IMG/VR virus record: IMGVR_UViG_3300044701_002737
Coordinates: 1-27,004 of that record
Direction: 5' to 3' (one strand)
Length of the DNA: 27,004 bases
From: a virus
Taxonomy: Duplodnaviria > Caudoviricetes
Shown: positions 1 to 10,001 of the stretch, one piece after another
Numbering within the stretch: position 1 is the stretch's first letter
How the letters are laid out: every line of letters begins with the position of its first letter
The notes under the pieces: model-generated
What the model saw: only the letters and a program-made list of their open reading frames with translations
Told to the model about the DNA's origin: nothing
Databases searched by the model: none
Position numbers and translations under genes: made by a program

Positions 1-1
1 T

Positions 2-2215
2 GTTTTGGATGAACATCCAAAATTTATTAGTTTTTTAGAGGCTTACTATGATTTTTTAGATTCAACATCGAATATTACAGGTAAAAAATTAGTTAATATT
101 TCAGATGTTGATGATTCTTTAGAAGATTTTGAAGAACAGTTTTTCAATAGTTTTTTACCTCTAATACCAAAAAACACTCAGATAAACAAAGAACTCATAA
201 TCAAAAACATTTTACCTTTGTTTTTGTCAAAAGGATCTGAAAAGTCTTATAGATTATTGTTTAGACTTTTATTTGATGAAAGTATAGATGTTGAATACCC
301 TGGAAGAAATGTTTTAAGAGCTTCAGATGGTCGTTGGCAAAAAGAAAATATCTTAAGAGTAGAAAAAACAATTTTTAGTGAGTATGTTTCTGATGGTGAA
401 ACTTTAGAATACTATTTACCTTATGTTATAAATTCTAGTGATGTTTCTGTTTTTATTGATGATGTTTTAGTGACTAATTATACATTTAGAAGAGAATACA
501 CAAAAATTATTTTCTCAGAGGCACCAGTAGAAAATGCAGTAATAAAAATATTTTATGATAATTTTAATCCTGAATTTTTTGTGAATCGTAAAATAATAGG
601 ACAAATTTCAGGTGCAGAAACTATAGTCGAAAAGGCTTCATCTAAAATTATAGGAGATTTTGGGTACTTTGAACTTTTTATTAATGATAAAAATACAAAA
701 GGAAATTTTAAAGTTGCAGAAGTTATAACAACTAGTGTATTTAATGGTGACATATTAATACCTTTGACCCTTAGAAATTATTCAGAAATAAACACAATAA
801 CAATAACAAATAGTGGGGCAAAATATAATATAGGTGATCCATTAATTTTTAAAGGCCCTTCTGTTGTTCCTGCTGTAGCAATTGTGAGTGACATTAATTC
901 TGGGTTAATAGAAAATTTAAATGTTATTGAGGGTGGAAGTGGTTTTCGTGCTAACAATAGAATACTTGCAGATACTTTTTCAAACACATTCTTTGAAGGA
1001 TTTGTTTTAACTGTTGATACATCAGGTCTCTATTCTGCAAATTCACTCACTTACAATTCAGATAAAATATCGGATTATGCATCAATAACTCTATCTGATT
1101 TAGATTTTGGCTTTCCAGCAAATACAGATGCTAATTTAGAAGCAGTTATATCTTCAGCCTTAAGTTTAACGACAATAAACAATTTAGGTCCTATAACTTC
1201 TGTAAATGTCGCTTGCACTCAAATATCTTACTCAGTAAGTCCAAGTTTCACGACACTATCTACCATTTTATATGATGACATGAGAATTTCTGATTTAGGT
1301 GTTATAGGAACAATTTCAATAATTGATGCTGGAGAAGATTATCAAATAGGTGAAAAATTAATTTTTAGTAATTTAAATGAATTTTCTGGTCAAGGCGCAA
1401 ATGCAGAAATAGCTAATGTAAATTCAAATGGAGCAATTACACAAATAAAAATTAATGATGGAGGTTTATCTTATAGTTTAGAAAATCCTCCTGTTATAAC
1501 AATTGATACATCTAATGGTTTTGGAGCAAACTTATCAGTAACTTCAATAATGGGATTTAATGAATCTTATGAACCTGTAATAGAAGATGGACAAGTTGGT
1601 GAAATCAAATCTATTCGCATATTGACAAGAGGTAGTGGATATACAGAAGCTCCTGCTATAGATTTAACCAGATTTGGTGATGGAAATGCTAAAGCTGTAG
1701 CGACAATTACAGATTCTTTTATACAAAGGTCTGGAAAATGGGTCACATCTGATAGTCTGTTATCTAAAGAAGAGATAAGACTTCAAGGTAGAGATTACTT
1801 TATAGATTATTCTTATGTGATTAATTCAAGAATACAATTTCAATTATATAAGTCCATCTTAAAAGATTTGTTGCATCCAGCAGGTTTTGTAAATTATTCA
1901 AAATATAAGATAGAAGATTCTGTAGTATATACTGATACAGAAGGAATTACAATACCCCTAAATCAAAAAGTTTTATCTACAGAAAGAGTTAAAACCATAT
2001 CTGGAAAAGTAAATGTTGTTGCAAATTCTATAACAGTTGTTGGAACAAACACTTACTTCAATGTCGCTAGAGACTTACAAATAATAAATGTTGGATCTAC
2101 AATTGTTATAAATGATGAAATTCGTGAAATTAATGCAATTATAAGCAATACGCAAATAACAGTTTCTAATGTCTTTATAAGTAGTATAAATAATCAATCA
2201 ATAAAAATACTGTAG
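2..2215 (+). CDS. gp7: T4-like baseplate wedge initiator gp7 (5'-truncated by window edge)
   Basis: The frame is open from base 2; the TTG at 5 is probably not the real start. N-terminal HPKFISFLEAYYDFL...LIIKNI...SKGSEKSYRLLFRLLF...LRASDGRW and C-terminal LQGRDYFIDYSYVI...LKDLLHPAG match the gp7 pattern of cyanophage-type T4-like phages. Internal 'I.I...G.GY...P' repeats. Directly upstream of gp8. Confidence 0.8.
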   Translation, partial: VLDEHPKFISFLEAYYDFLDSTSNITGKKLVNISDVDDSLEDFEEQFFNSFLPLIPKNTQINKELIIKNILPLFLSKGSEKSYRLLFRLLFDESIDVEYPGRNVLRASDGRWQKENILRVEKTIFSEYVSDGETLEYYLPYVINSSDVSVFIDDVLVTNYTFRREYTKIIFSEAPVENAVIKIFYDNFNPEFFVNRKIIGQISGAETIVEKASSKIIGDFGYFELFINDKNTKGNFKVAEVITTSVFNGDILIPLTLRNYSEINTITITNSGAKYNIGDPLIFKGPSVVPAVAIVSDINSGLIENLNVIEGGSGFRANNRILADTFSNTFFEGFVLTVDTSGLYSANSLTYNSDKISDYASITLSDLDFGFPANTDANLEAVISSALSLTTINNLGPITSVNVACTQISYSVSPSFTTLSTILYDDMRISDLGVIGTISIIDAGEDYQIGEKLIFSNLNEFSGQGANAEIANVNSNGAITQIKINDGGLSYSLENPPVITIDTSNGFGANLSVTSIMGFNESYEPVIEDGQVGEIKSIRILTRGSGYTEAPAIDLTRFGDGNAKAVATITDSFIQRSGKWVTSDSLLSKEEIRLQGRDYFIDYSYVINSRIQFQLYKSILKDLLHPAGFVNYSKYKIEDSVVYTDTEGITIPLNQKVLSTERVKTISGKVNVVANSITVVGTNTYFNVARDLQIINVGSTIVINDEIREINAIISNTQITVSNVFISSINNQSIKIL
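2185..2192 (+). promoter_or_regulatory. Candidate T4-type late promoter (TATAAATA)
   Basis: Exact T4 gp55-dependent late promoter consensus, about 30 nt upstream of the gp8 ATG at 2222. Chance matches are likely in AT-rich DNA. Confidence 0.5.
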
Positions 2216-2221
2216 AAAAAT

Positions 2222-3805
2222 ATGGCAAGCAATTTATCTAAAAAAATAGGTTTAAGAACTGCAAAAAACTTTAAAGATTCTTTCTCTAGAGTTTACGATC
2301 CTATTGTTGGATATGTTTTTATAGGAAAATCAACTCCTTATTTAAATGAACCAACACCGGATACTATTTTTGATTCTGATGAATATGAAAAATTGACATG
2401 GGATAATTTCATTGCAGGTAAAAAAGTAACTGAAAGTGATATGGAACTAGTAATTCCTAGAATAGATTGGACTGCAAATACAGTATATAAACAGTATGAT
2501 GACACAAAAACTTTAAATTATTTACTTTCTGAAACAGAAGAGAGTGGTAATACAATACATTATCCAATGTATGTCATAACTTCAGAGAGAAATGTTTATA
2601 AGTGCATATGTAATGACGTTGCAACACCTTCACTAATAGAGCCTACTGGAAACTATTCAGAAAATGACGGTTTTATTAGTACAGCAGATGGTTATTTGTG
2701 GAAATACATGTATAATATAAAACCATCTAATAAATTTTTATCTGATGATTGGATGCCAGCTCCATTTGTTTTAGTATCAAAAGTTACAACAAATGATTAT
2801 GACCTTTCGGCAAATAATTTAGTAGAAGGTTCTTTAAATAAAATTATAGTTGGTAATAGAGGTAATGGTTATTATGATACAGTTATAAATGTTGAACCTT
2901 TTGTGACAAATTCAAATACTTTAGTCTTGAGCAATTCTTCTTTCGATCTATCATCTTCAAACATAAAAATTAATATGTTGGTAACAGGTAACGGTATTTT
3001 ATCTGGAACATATATTACAAATATTTCTAATGCAACTTCAACTTTAACACTATCTGAAAATACAATTGGATCTGGCGGAGGACCAAACACCACAATATTA
3101 ATTTCTACAAGAATCGAAATAGAAGGTGATGGTACAGAAACATCTACAATTGTAAGTTTAGCAAATGGACAAATAAGGAAAATAACTGTAGACAGTGCAG
3201 GAACAGGTTATACTAGAGCTAATGTTTTTATATATGGTTCTGGTTCAGATGCTAATGCTAGAGTTGTTCTTCCTCCAAAATTAGGTCATGGATATAACCC
3301 AGCTATTGAACTAGTGGCCAACAATATAATGATAGTTAAATTAATTGGTGAAGTAGATTCTACAGAAAATGATCTCATACCAGTAGGTATTGATTTTAGA
3401 CAATATGGTTTGTTGATAAATCCATATAAATACTCTGAAACTGAACCTGTTTCTTATGCTAATGCAAATACTGTAGTATCTTTAACAACAGATGTCTCTT
3501 TGTTGAGTGGTTCTCCATATGAAGAAAACGAATTTGTATATCAAGGAAATTTTTCAAACCCAAGTTTTAGTGGTTATGTAACATACCAAAGTTTGACTGT
3601 AGCAAAACTAACACAAGTTTCAGGTAATTTAGTTCTAGGTTCTATACTTACTGGTTCAAATTCTTCTATATCAAGACCTGTGGTTTCTGTTGAATATCCA
3701 GATTTAGAATTTTATACTGGAGATATTTTATACACTTCAGCAATAGAAAAAACCGAAAGATCATTAGGACAAGCAGAACAAATTAGACTAGTATTTCAAT
3801 TTTAA
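2222..3805 (+). CDS. gp8: T4-like baseplate wedge subunit gp8
   Basis: Motifs GKKV...LVIPRIDW...YKQYDD, YVITSERNVYKCICN, EPTG, TADGYLWKYMYNI, DWMP, DFRQYGLLINP and the C-terminal GDILY...R...QAEQIRLVFQF are characteristic of gp8. Lies between gp7 and the VrlC-like gene. Confidence 0.88.
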   Translation: MASNLSKKIGLRTAKNFKDSFSRVYDPIVGYVFIGKSTPYLNEPTPDTIFDSDEYEKLTWDNFIAGKKVTESDMELVIPRIDWTANTVYKQYDDTKTLNYLLSETEESGNTIHYPMYVITSERNVYKCICNDVATPSLIEPTGNYSENDGFISTADGYLWKYMYNIKPSNKFLSDDWMPAPFVLVSKVTTNDYDLSANNLVEGSLNKIIVGNRGNGYYDTVINVEPFVTNSNTLVLSNSSFDLSSSNIKINMLVTGNGILSGTYITNISNATSTLTLSENTIGSGGGPNTTILISTRIEIEGDGTETSTIVSLANGQIRKITVDSAGTGYTRANVFIYGSGSDANARVVLPPKLGHGYNPAIELVANNIMIVKLIGEVDSTENDLIPVGIDFRQYGLLINPYKYSETEPVSYANANTVVSLTTDVSLLSGSPYEENEFVYQGNFSNPSFSGYVTYQSLTVAKLTQVSGNLVLGSILTGSNSSISRPVVSVEYPDLEFYTGDILYTSAIEKTERSLGQAEQIRLVFQF

Positions 3806-3813
3806 GGTTAAAT

Positions 3814-6800
3814 ATGAGCACAAATTATAATTTAAATCCGTACTATGATGATTTTGATGAGACTAAAAATTATCAGAGAATTCTTTTCAAACCTGGTTTT
3901 GCAGTTCAAGCTCGTGAATTAACACAAACACAAACTATATTGCAAAATCAAGTTACTCAATTTGCAAATCATATTTTCAAAGATGGAACTATAGTCAATG
4001 GCGGTCTTTTTGATGTTTTTACATATGCTGATTATGTTAAAATTTCAGAAGATATACTCTCCTTAAATTTACCTTTTAGTGATATTGTTGGTAAAGTTTT
4101 GATTGGACAAACTACAGGTATTAAAGCTTTTGTTGACGCTGTTGCTTACAAAAATATTTGGGAAACAGAAACAGATATTTTGATGATAAGTTATAGTTCA
4201 TCGAGTGAAGATGGTAATGTAATTACTTTTCAACCAGATGAAGAAATATTGATTGAGGGCACAGAAGTAATATTAAATGTAGTGTCAAGTTCTCCAACAG
4301 GTAAAGGGTCAATTTTTGCGATTGAATCAGGTACAGTATACTCAAAAGGATATTTTTTAAATTTTCCAGCGCAAAAAATTATTTTAGATCCAACAAATCA
4401 AACGCCTAATGTGAAAGTTGGTTTTGATAGTACCGAATCTATTGTTGATTTCACTCAAGATACTACACTATTAGATCCAGCATTAGGATCATATAATTAT
4501 TCCGCTCCTGGTGCTGATAGAATTCAGTTAGAACCAAGATTAATAAAACTACCAATTGATGACGAATCTACTCCTAATTTTCTTTCGCTCATAACAATTC
4601 AAGAAGGTATTGTTGTACAAGTACAGAAAAATACTGCTTATGCTGAATTATATGAAGAGTTTGCCAGAAGAACAAGAGATGAATCTGGAAACTATGTAGT
4701 TTTTGGTTTTGATGTAAAGACGAGAGAACACTTAGACACTGGAACAAACGAAGGTTATTTAACACTTGAAAGAGGTGGTGACGCAAGTCTTTTAACTATA
4801 GAAGTTCAACCTGGAACTGCTTATATTGAAGGTTATGAAGTTGTCAAACCAGCATCGTCATATGTAGCTACTAGTAAAAGTACAGCTAATGTTAGTGTAA
4901 ATGCTGAAGAAATATCAGCTAGAACAGGTAATTACCTTAGAGTAAAAGAAGTTGTTGGTGTTCCTATAGTTGATGTTGCGAACACAGTAAATTTGTATAA
5001 CACAGCAGGTGAAAGAGTTACCAATCATATTCCTGTTACAACAGCTCCTAGTGGAACTTTAATTGGAACTGCAAAAATTAAAGCTTTCACATACGATGAG
5101 AATGATGAATATTTTATATATTTGTTTGACATTAAAATGTCAAGTTCTAATACTTTCTCGCAAGTAAAAGCTATTCAAAATTCAAGTTTTTTTGCAGATG
5201 TTATATTAAATGCTGCAAATAATGCTGTCTTAGAAACAACAACAGAAAATAATTTATTGTTTAAAGTAGGATCAGATTTTACACAATCAATAAGAGGTGT
5301 TGGAGGAACAGTAGATACATCTTTCACATTCGCAAGAACATTCGATAATATAACTATAGATTCTGATGGAACTTTTAGTGTTAGTGTGTCTTCTTCATCA
5401 GAAAGACATGATTATGGAGTTTCTGGTAGTTTAAACAATACTGAAAAAAGAACCATTGTATTATCTTTTAAAGAAAATGCAAACATTAATTTACCTGGTA
5501 CTGTTAGTGTAACAGGAAATACAGTTACAGGTTCAAGTACTTATTTCACAAGATTAAATGAAGGTGATAGAGTATTAATTACCGATGTTGTTGGTTACAG
5601 ATATATTAAACAAATCATTTCAGATACTTCTATGGTTTTAACTACAAGTTTAGGAAGTCCTGTATCTGGAAAAACATACAAAAAGACTTATTTGAATGGT
5701 GATATAATTGATTTGACAGAAAAAGGTTCTGTTGCTGGAACATTAAGAACTGTTAGTGTTACCTCTAATACTATTCTTTCTTTCGATCTGAAAGAAAATT
5801 ATACTGAAACTATTGACGCTTCTGTTTCTTTTAAAGTCACAAGAACAACTGCACAAGAAGTTGCCAAAATATTAAGACCAAATAGATATGTTCAAATAAA
5901 TTGTGCGGCTTTAACTTCCAATACTAATCCTATAAATTTAGGGTTTTCTGATGTATACAAATTAAGACAAATAAGAAGAAAAAATTCTGTTTTTACTTCT
6001 GTTTCAGAAGGAGTAATTGCAACAACCGATTTTATTTTTGATAATGGTCAAAGAGATGATTTTTATGATCATGCTACAATAGTACCAAAAACTCCTGTTA
6101 GTAATACAGATTTTCTTTTGATTGAATTGGATTACTTTTATCCAGATTTCACTCAAGGTGCAGGATATTTTTCAGTTGATTCTTATCCAGTAAATGATAG
6201 TGTAACTTCAAACACTTCAATATTTACATATGAAATTCCTTTTTATAAATCTCCAGACACCGGATCTGTTTTTGATTTGAGAAACCATTTAGATTTTAGA
6301 CCAGTCAAACAATCTACAGCTTCTGATGCAACAACAGTTGGTGCGGCTACAGAAAATCCAACAACAACAAATTCATTTTACACTAAAGATGTTAATGGTT
6401 TAAGAATTCCTTATCCTTCAAGTGATATTTCATATGATTATTCTTATTACTTAGCTAGAAGAGATGCTCTTGTCTGTGATAGGTATGGTAATTTTAATAT
6501 TGTTCAAGGCAATTCTTCTCAATATCCAGTTTCACCGTCAATTCAAGATGGTGTGATGATGGTTGCTAGTTTGTATATTCCACCATATCCTTCTTTGTCA
6601 TACACTTTAGCTAGAATTTTAAACAAAGAAAAACTTTCTGTAGTGACTAATAAAATGACTTATGGTCGTTTTACTATGAGAGATTTAAATATATTAAAAC
6701 AAAGAGTTGATAATTTAGAATATTACAATGCAATTAATCTTTTAGAAAAGAGTGCTTCCGATCTACTCATAGTAGATGAAAATGGTTTAGATAGATTTAA

Positions 6801-9786
6801 AAATGGTTTCTTTGTTGATGGTTTTTTAGATCACTCTTTAGGTGCAACATATAACTTAGATTATAATATTTGTGTTGACAAAAAATTTGGTATCATTAGA
6901 CCAGTTTTTAAAGTAGATTCTTTCTACTATAGTAATAATTCTCTTTCTCTAACAAATGCAATTAAAACTGGTAATTTAATTACTTTACCATACACAGAAA
7001 AATTATTACTTGAACAAAGTAGAGTTACAACAATAAAAAATATTGAACAAAGTTCGTATCGTTTTATTGGTACAATGTCTGTCACTCCAGACACCGATGT
7101 TTGGGTTGATGAAACCACAGTTGATAGAAAAATAGAATTTGGTAATGATATTCCAATCGAAAATACATTATCTACTGAATGGGGTTCTTGGCAAACTAGA
7201 GTAACAGGTGTATCAACATCAACATCTGTTATATCTTCTACAGATACTTCTGAATTTACAACTTCTATAAAACAAGGTGCTGATAGTACATATAATGTTT
7301 ATGCTAGAGGTGGTGGTGATAGAAGTTCTAGTGTTACAGGTTTAAGATTAATAGGAACATATACATCTTATGCAGAAGCTGTAAAAGCAGCACAATCACA
7401 AACAAGAACAAAACTAGAAACTGTTTCTGGAACAACTACAACAACTAAGATAAGAGCAACAACTACTACAGATACTACAATAGAAGATACTACTACTGAG
7501 TACACAACAGGTAGAAGTGGTATTCAGACAACCGTTAAAGTAGATAGGGAAACTAAAGAAATTGGCAGTTTTATTACTGATGTTTCTGTAGTTCCTTATA
7601 TAAGACCTCAAGTCATAAGATTGAATTCATTAGGATTAAAAGGTAATACAAGATATTATGTCTACTTTGATAATCAACCAATGAATGATTATGCAGCACC
7701 AGTCGTAAATAATACAATAGGTTCTGAAGGAGCACCTTTAATATCCAATCCAAATGGTGAGTTGATTATAATATTGAGACTGCCTAATGAAGGTAAGAGA
7801 TTTACCATAGGCACAAAAGAGATTTTAATTTCTGACAATCCAATCAACACTATAGATGCTACTTCATATGCAAAAGGTTATTTTGTTGCAAGTGGTTTAA
7901 ATGCTCAAAAACAAAATACAATATTATCAACAAAAGTTGTAAATAAACAAGAAGTACAAGTTTCAGAATCTTATTTGACATATGGTTCAACATCAAGAGT
8001 AATTGGACAAACATCAAATACCGTTTTTGAAGAGTTGTCAAGTGTAACTTCTACAACACCAGGTTCTGTAACAATTTATGGACCTTCTTGTGCGGCTTAT
8101 TCTTTCTTAGTTACTTTACCAGAAGGCGAAACAGGAACATTCTTAACATCAGTAGATGTGTTCATTCAATCAAAAGATCCTACATTAGGAGTTTGGTTTG
8201 AAATAAGAGAGATGGACAATGCTGGTGGAATAACAAGAAATCAAGTGCCTTATAGTGAAAGATGGTACAAATCAAGTGAAGTAACAACGACCAGTGATGC
8301 TACTGTTCCACACAAAGTTACTTTCCCAAATCCAGTTTATCTATTGAACAATACACAATACGCTTTCGTTATTCACACAGAAGGCATTAACCCTAATTAC
8401 TATTTCTGGATTTCTAGATTAGGTGAAACAGACATTCTCACAAACAATCCTGTAAATGGTAGACAATTAACAGGAACTTATTATACTACCAACAATAATT
8501 TAAATTGGAGTATTGTTCCTGATGTTGACTTAAAAATAAGATTCAATAGAGCAAGTTTCTCAACGGGTGTTACAGGATCAGCTATTGTTGGAAATGATAG
8601 ATATGAGTTCTTTAATTTGACTGATGTTACTGTTCCGTTTAACATATTTGGTGAATCTATCAAATCTAGTGATATAATTACATTGAAAAATGTCAATAAC
8701 ACAGGTTCTAATACTATAATTTCTGGTGACAAAATACAAATTGGTTCTAACACTTACAATATTGTAAATGTGGCAAGTACAATCTATTATACCGATGGTT
8801 TTGAATTTGCTGCAAATAGTGGTGTTACAATTTTAGATTCGAATTCAGTACCAAAATTAATTACAGCAAATGTTGCAACAAGAATAAATGCTACAGCTGT
8901 TTTAAGAAAATTTGAAGAAGATGATGGTTACATGATACTTGAAAATTCATCTGGCAACTTTTTTGCTAATGGTAAGATACAAGGAGTGACATCAAATTAT
9001 ACTGCGAAAATTTCTAGTTTTGGTGATTGGAAATATAATACAGTAAACTTAAAACCACATCATTTAAAATTTAAAAACACATTATTAAACTTTGGTATTA
9101 AAGGAGTAAAAACATCAGATAACTTATTAGAATCTGAGTTTAAAACATTCCCAGAAGATACATCTGTTGAGTATGATGAAGAATACACAATTAAATCACG
9201 TTCTGTTGAAGTTTCAAGTTATTCAAGTTCAAATTCATCTCAAATGATTGCAACATTTTCTTCTATTAGTGATTATGTTTCTCCTGTTATAGATTTGAGT
9301 ATAGCAAATGCCGTCTATGTTAGAAACTTAATTAACAACGATTCTACAGGTGAAAACAATAAAAGTGGTGGTAATTTAGTAAATAAATATATTTCAAAGA
9401 CTGTAACATTGGCTGAAGGTCAAGATGCAGAAGATTTGATTGTTTATCTCACTGTTTATAAACCTGCGACGACTGATGTAAAAGTTTGGATGAAAATTAA
9501 AAATATAGAAGATGTATCTGAAACCTTCCAAAATAAACCATATTATGAATTAGAAAAAGTTGCAGATATAATTTCTAGTTCTGTAGAGAAAAATGATTAT
9601 ATTACAATAGTTTATAAAATACCGGACTCAATGCTTACAGGACCTTTTGGTGCGGTTCAATACACAAGTGGTTTAAATACATTTACAGGATTTAAACAAT
9701 TTGCTGTTAAAATTGGTTTACTTGCTCAAAATAGTGCAATAGTACCTAAAGTGACAGACCTTAGAGTTATAGCATTACAGAGATAA
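3814..9786 (+). CDS. vrlC: Large virion structural protein, VrlC / DUF4815-like (baseplate-associated)
   Basis: N-terminal NLNPYYDDFD...RILFKPGFAVQARELTQ.Q.ILQNQ, APGADR, ARRTRDESGNY, FTMRDL..LKQRVDNLEYY...LLE, DRFKNGFFVD and C-terminal FAVKI...P.VTDLRVIAL match the VrlC-like protein that follows gp8 in cyanophage-type T4-like genomes. Confidence 0.82.
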   Translation: MSTNYNLNPYYDDFDETKNYQRILFKPGFAVQARELTQTQTILQNQVTQFANHIFKDGTIVNGGLFDVFTYADYVKISEDILSLNLPFSDIVGKVLIGQTTGIKAFVDAVAYKNIWETETDILMISYSSSSEDGNVITFQPDEEILIEGTEVILNVVSSSPTGKGSIFAIESGTVYSKGYFLNFPAQKIILDPTNQTPNVKVGFDSTESIVDFTQDTTLLDPALGSYNYSAPGADRIQLEPRLIKLPIDDESTPNFLSLITIQEGIVVQVQKNTAYAELYEEFARRTRDESGNYVVFGFDVKTREHLDTGTNEGYLTLERGGDASLLTIEVQPGTAYIEGYEVVKPASSYVATSKSTANVSVNAEEISARTGNYLRVKEVVGVPIVDVANTVNLYNTAGERVTNHIPVTTAPSGTLIGTAKIKAFTYDENDEYFIYLFDIKMSSSNTFSQVKAIQNSSFFADVILNAANNAVLETTTENNLLFKVGSDFTQSIRGVGGTVDTSFTFARTFDNITIDSDGTFSVSVSSSSERHDYGVSGSLNNTEKRTIVLSFKENANINLPGTVSVTGNTVTGSSTYFTRLNEGDRVLITDVVGYRYIKQIISDTSMVLTTSLGSPVSGKTYKKTYLNGDIIDLTEKGSVAGTLRTVSVTSNTILSFDLKENYTETIDASVSFKVTRTTAQEVAKILRPNRYVQINCAALTSNTNPINLGFSDVYKLRQIRRKNSVFTSVSEGVIATTDFIFDNGQRDDFYDHATIVPKTPVSNTDFLLIELDYFYPDFTQGAGYFSVDSYPVNDSVTSNTSIFTYEIPFYKSPDTGSVFDLRNHLDFRPVKQSTASDATTVGAATENPTTTNSFYTKDVNGLRIPYPSSDISYDYSYYLARRDALVCDRYGNFNIVQGNSSQYPVSPSIQDGVMMVASLYIPPYPSLSYTLARILNKEKLSVVTNKMTYGRFTMRDLNILKQRVDNLEYYNAINLLEKSASDLLIVDENGLDRFKNGFFVDGFLDHSLGATYNLDYNICVDKKFGIIRPVFKVDSFYYSNNSLSLTNAIKTGNLITLPYTEKLLLEQSRVTTIKNIEQSSYRFIGTMSVTPDTDVWVDETTVDRKIEFGNDIPIENTLSTEWGSWQTRVTGVSTSTSVISSTDTSEFTTSIKQGADSTYNVYARGGGDRSSSVTGLRLIGTYTSYAEAVKAAQSQTRTKLETVSGTTTTTKIRATTTTDTTIEDTTTEYTTGRSGIQTTVKVDRETKEIGSFITDVSVVPYIRPQVIRLNSLGLKGNTRYYVYFDNQPMNDYAAPVVNNTIGSEGAPLISNPNGELIIILRLPNEGKRFTIGTKEILISDNPINTIDATSYAKGYFVASGLNAQKQNTILSTKVVNKQEVQVSESYLTYGSTSRVIGQTSNTVFEELSSVTSTTPGSVTIYGPSCAAYSFLVTLPEGETGTFLTSVDVFIQSKDPTLGVWFEIREMDNAGGITRNQVPYSERWYKSSEVTTTSDATVPHKVTFPNPVYLLNNTQYAFVIHTEGINPNYYFWISRLGETDILTNNPVNGRQLTGTYYTTNNNLNWSIVPDVDLKIRFNRASFSTGVTGSAIVGNDRYEFFNLTDVTVPFNIFGESIKSSDIITLKNVNNTGSNTIISGDKIQIGSNTYNIVNVASTIYYTDGFEFAANSGVTILDSNSVPKLITANVATRINATAVLRKFEEDDGYMILENSSGNFFANGKIQGVTSNYTAKISSFGDWKYNTVNLKPHHLKFKNTLLNFGIKGVKTSDNLLESEFKTFPEDTSVEYDEEYTIKSRSVEVSSYSSSNSSQMIATFSSISDYVSPVIDLSIANAVYVRNLINNDSTGENNKSGGNLVNKYISKTVTLAEGQDAEDLIVYLTVYKPATTDVKVWMKIKNIEDVSETFQNKPYYELEKVADIISSSVEKNDYITIVYKIPDSMLTGPFGAVQYTSGLNTFTGFKQFAVKIGLLAQNSAIVPKVTDLRVIALQR

Positions 9787-9789
9787 GTT

Positions 9790-9999
9790 ATGGAACTAAA
9801 AACTGATCTTCCTGGAATTTATAGACAAGAATCCGGGGCACTGATAAATAAAAATAATTCAGCTTTAATGGACTATAAAAGAAAAAGACAAGAAAGTAAT
9901 AAGTTGAACAACATAGAAATTAAACTGAATTCTCTAACTGAAGAAGTCAACAAATTGAAAAAAATTATAGAAAATATGTCAATTAATAGTAAGGTATAA
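9790..9999 (+). CDS. Small coiled-coil hypothetical protein typically found after the VrlC-like gene
   Basis: 69 aa, packed 3 nt and 2 nt from its neighbours. 'R..SGALIN.N...Y...R' followed by a heptad helix resembles the small ORF downstream of VrlC-like genes in T4-like phages. Confidence 0.7.
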   Translation: MELKTDLPGIYRQESGALINKNNSALMDYKRKRQESNKLNNIEIKLNSLTEEVNKLKKIIENMSINSKV

Positions 10000-10001
10000 T
10001 A

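Noticed and set aside
3814-9786. VrlC as a bacterial virulence factor
   Set aside because: The name comes from the Dichelobacter vrl locus. Here the gene occupies the usual post-gp8 structural position of T4-like phages.
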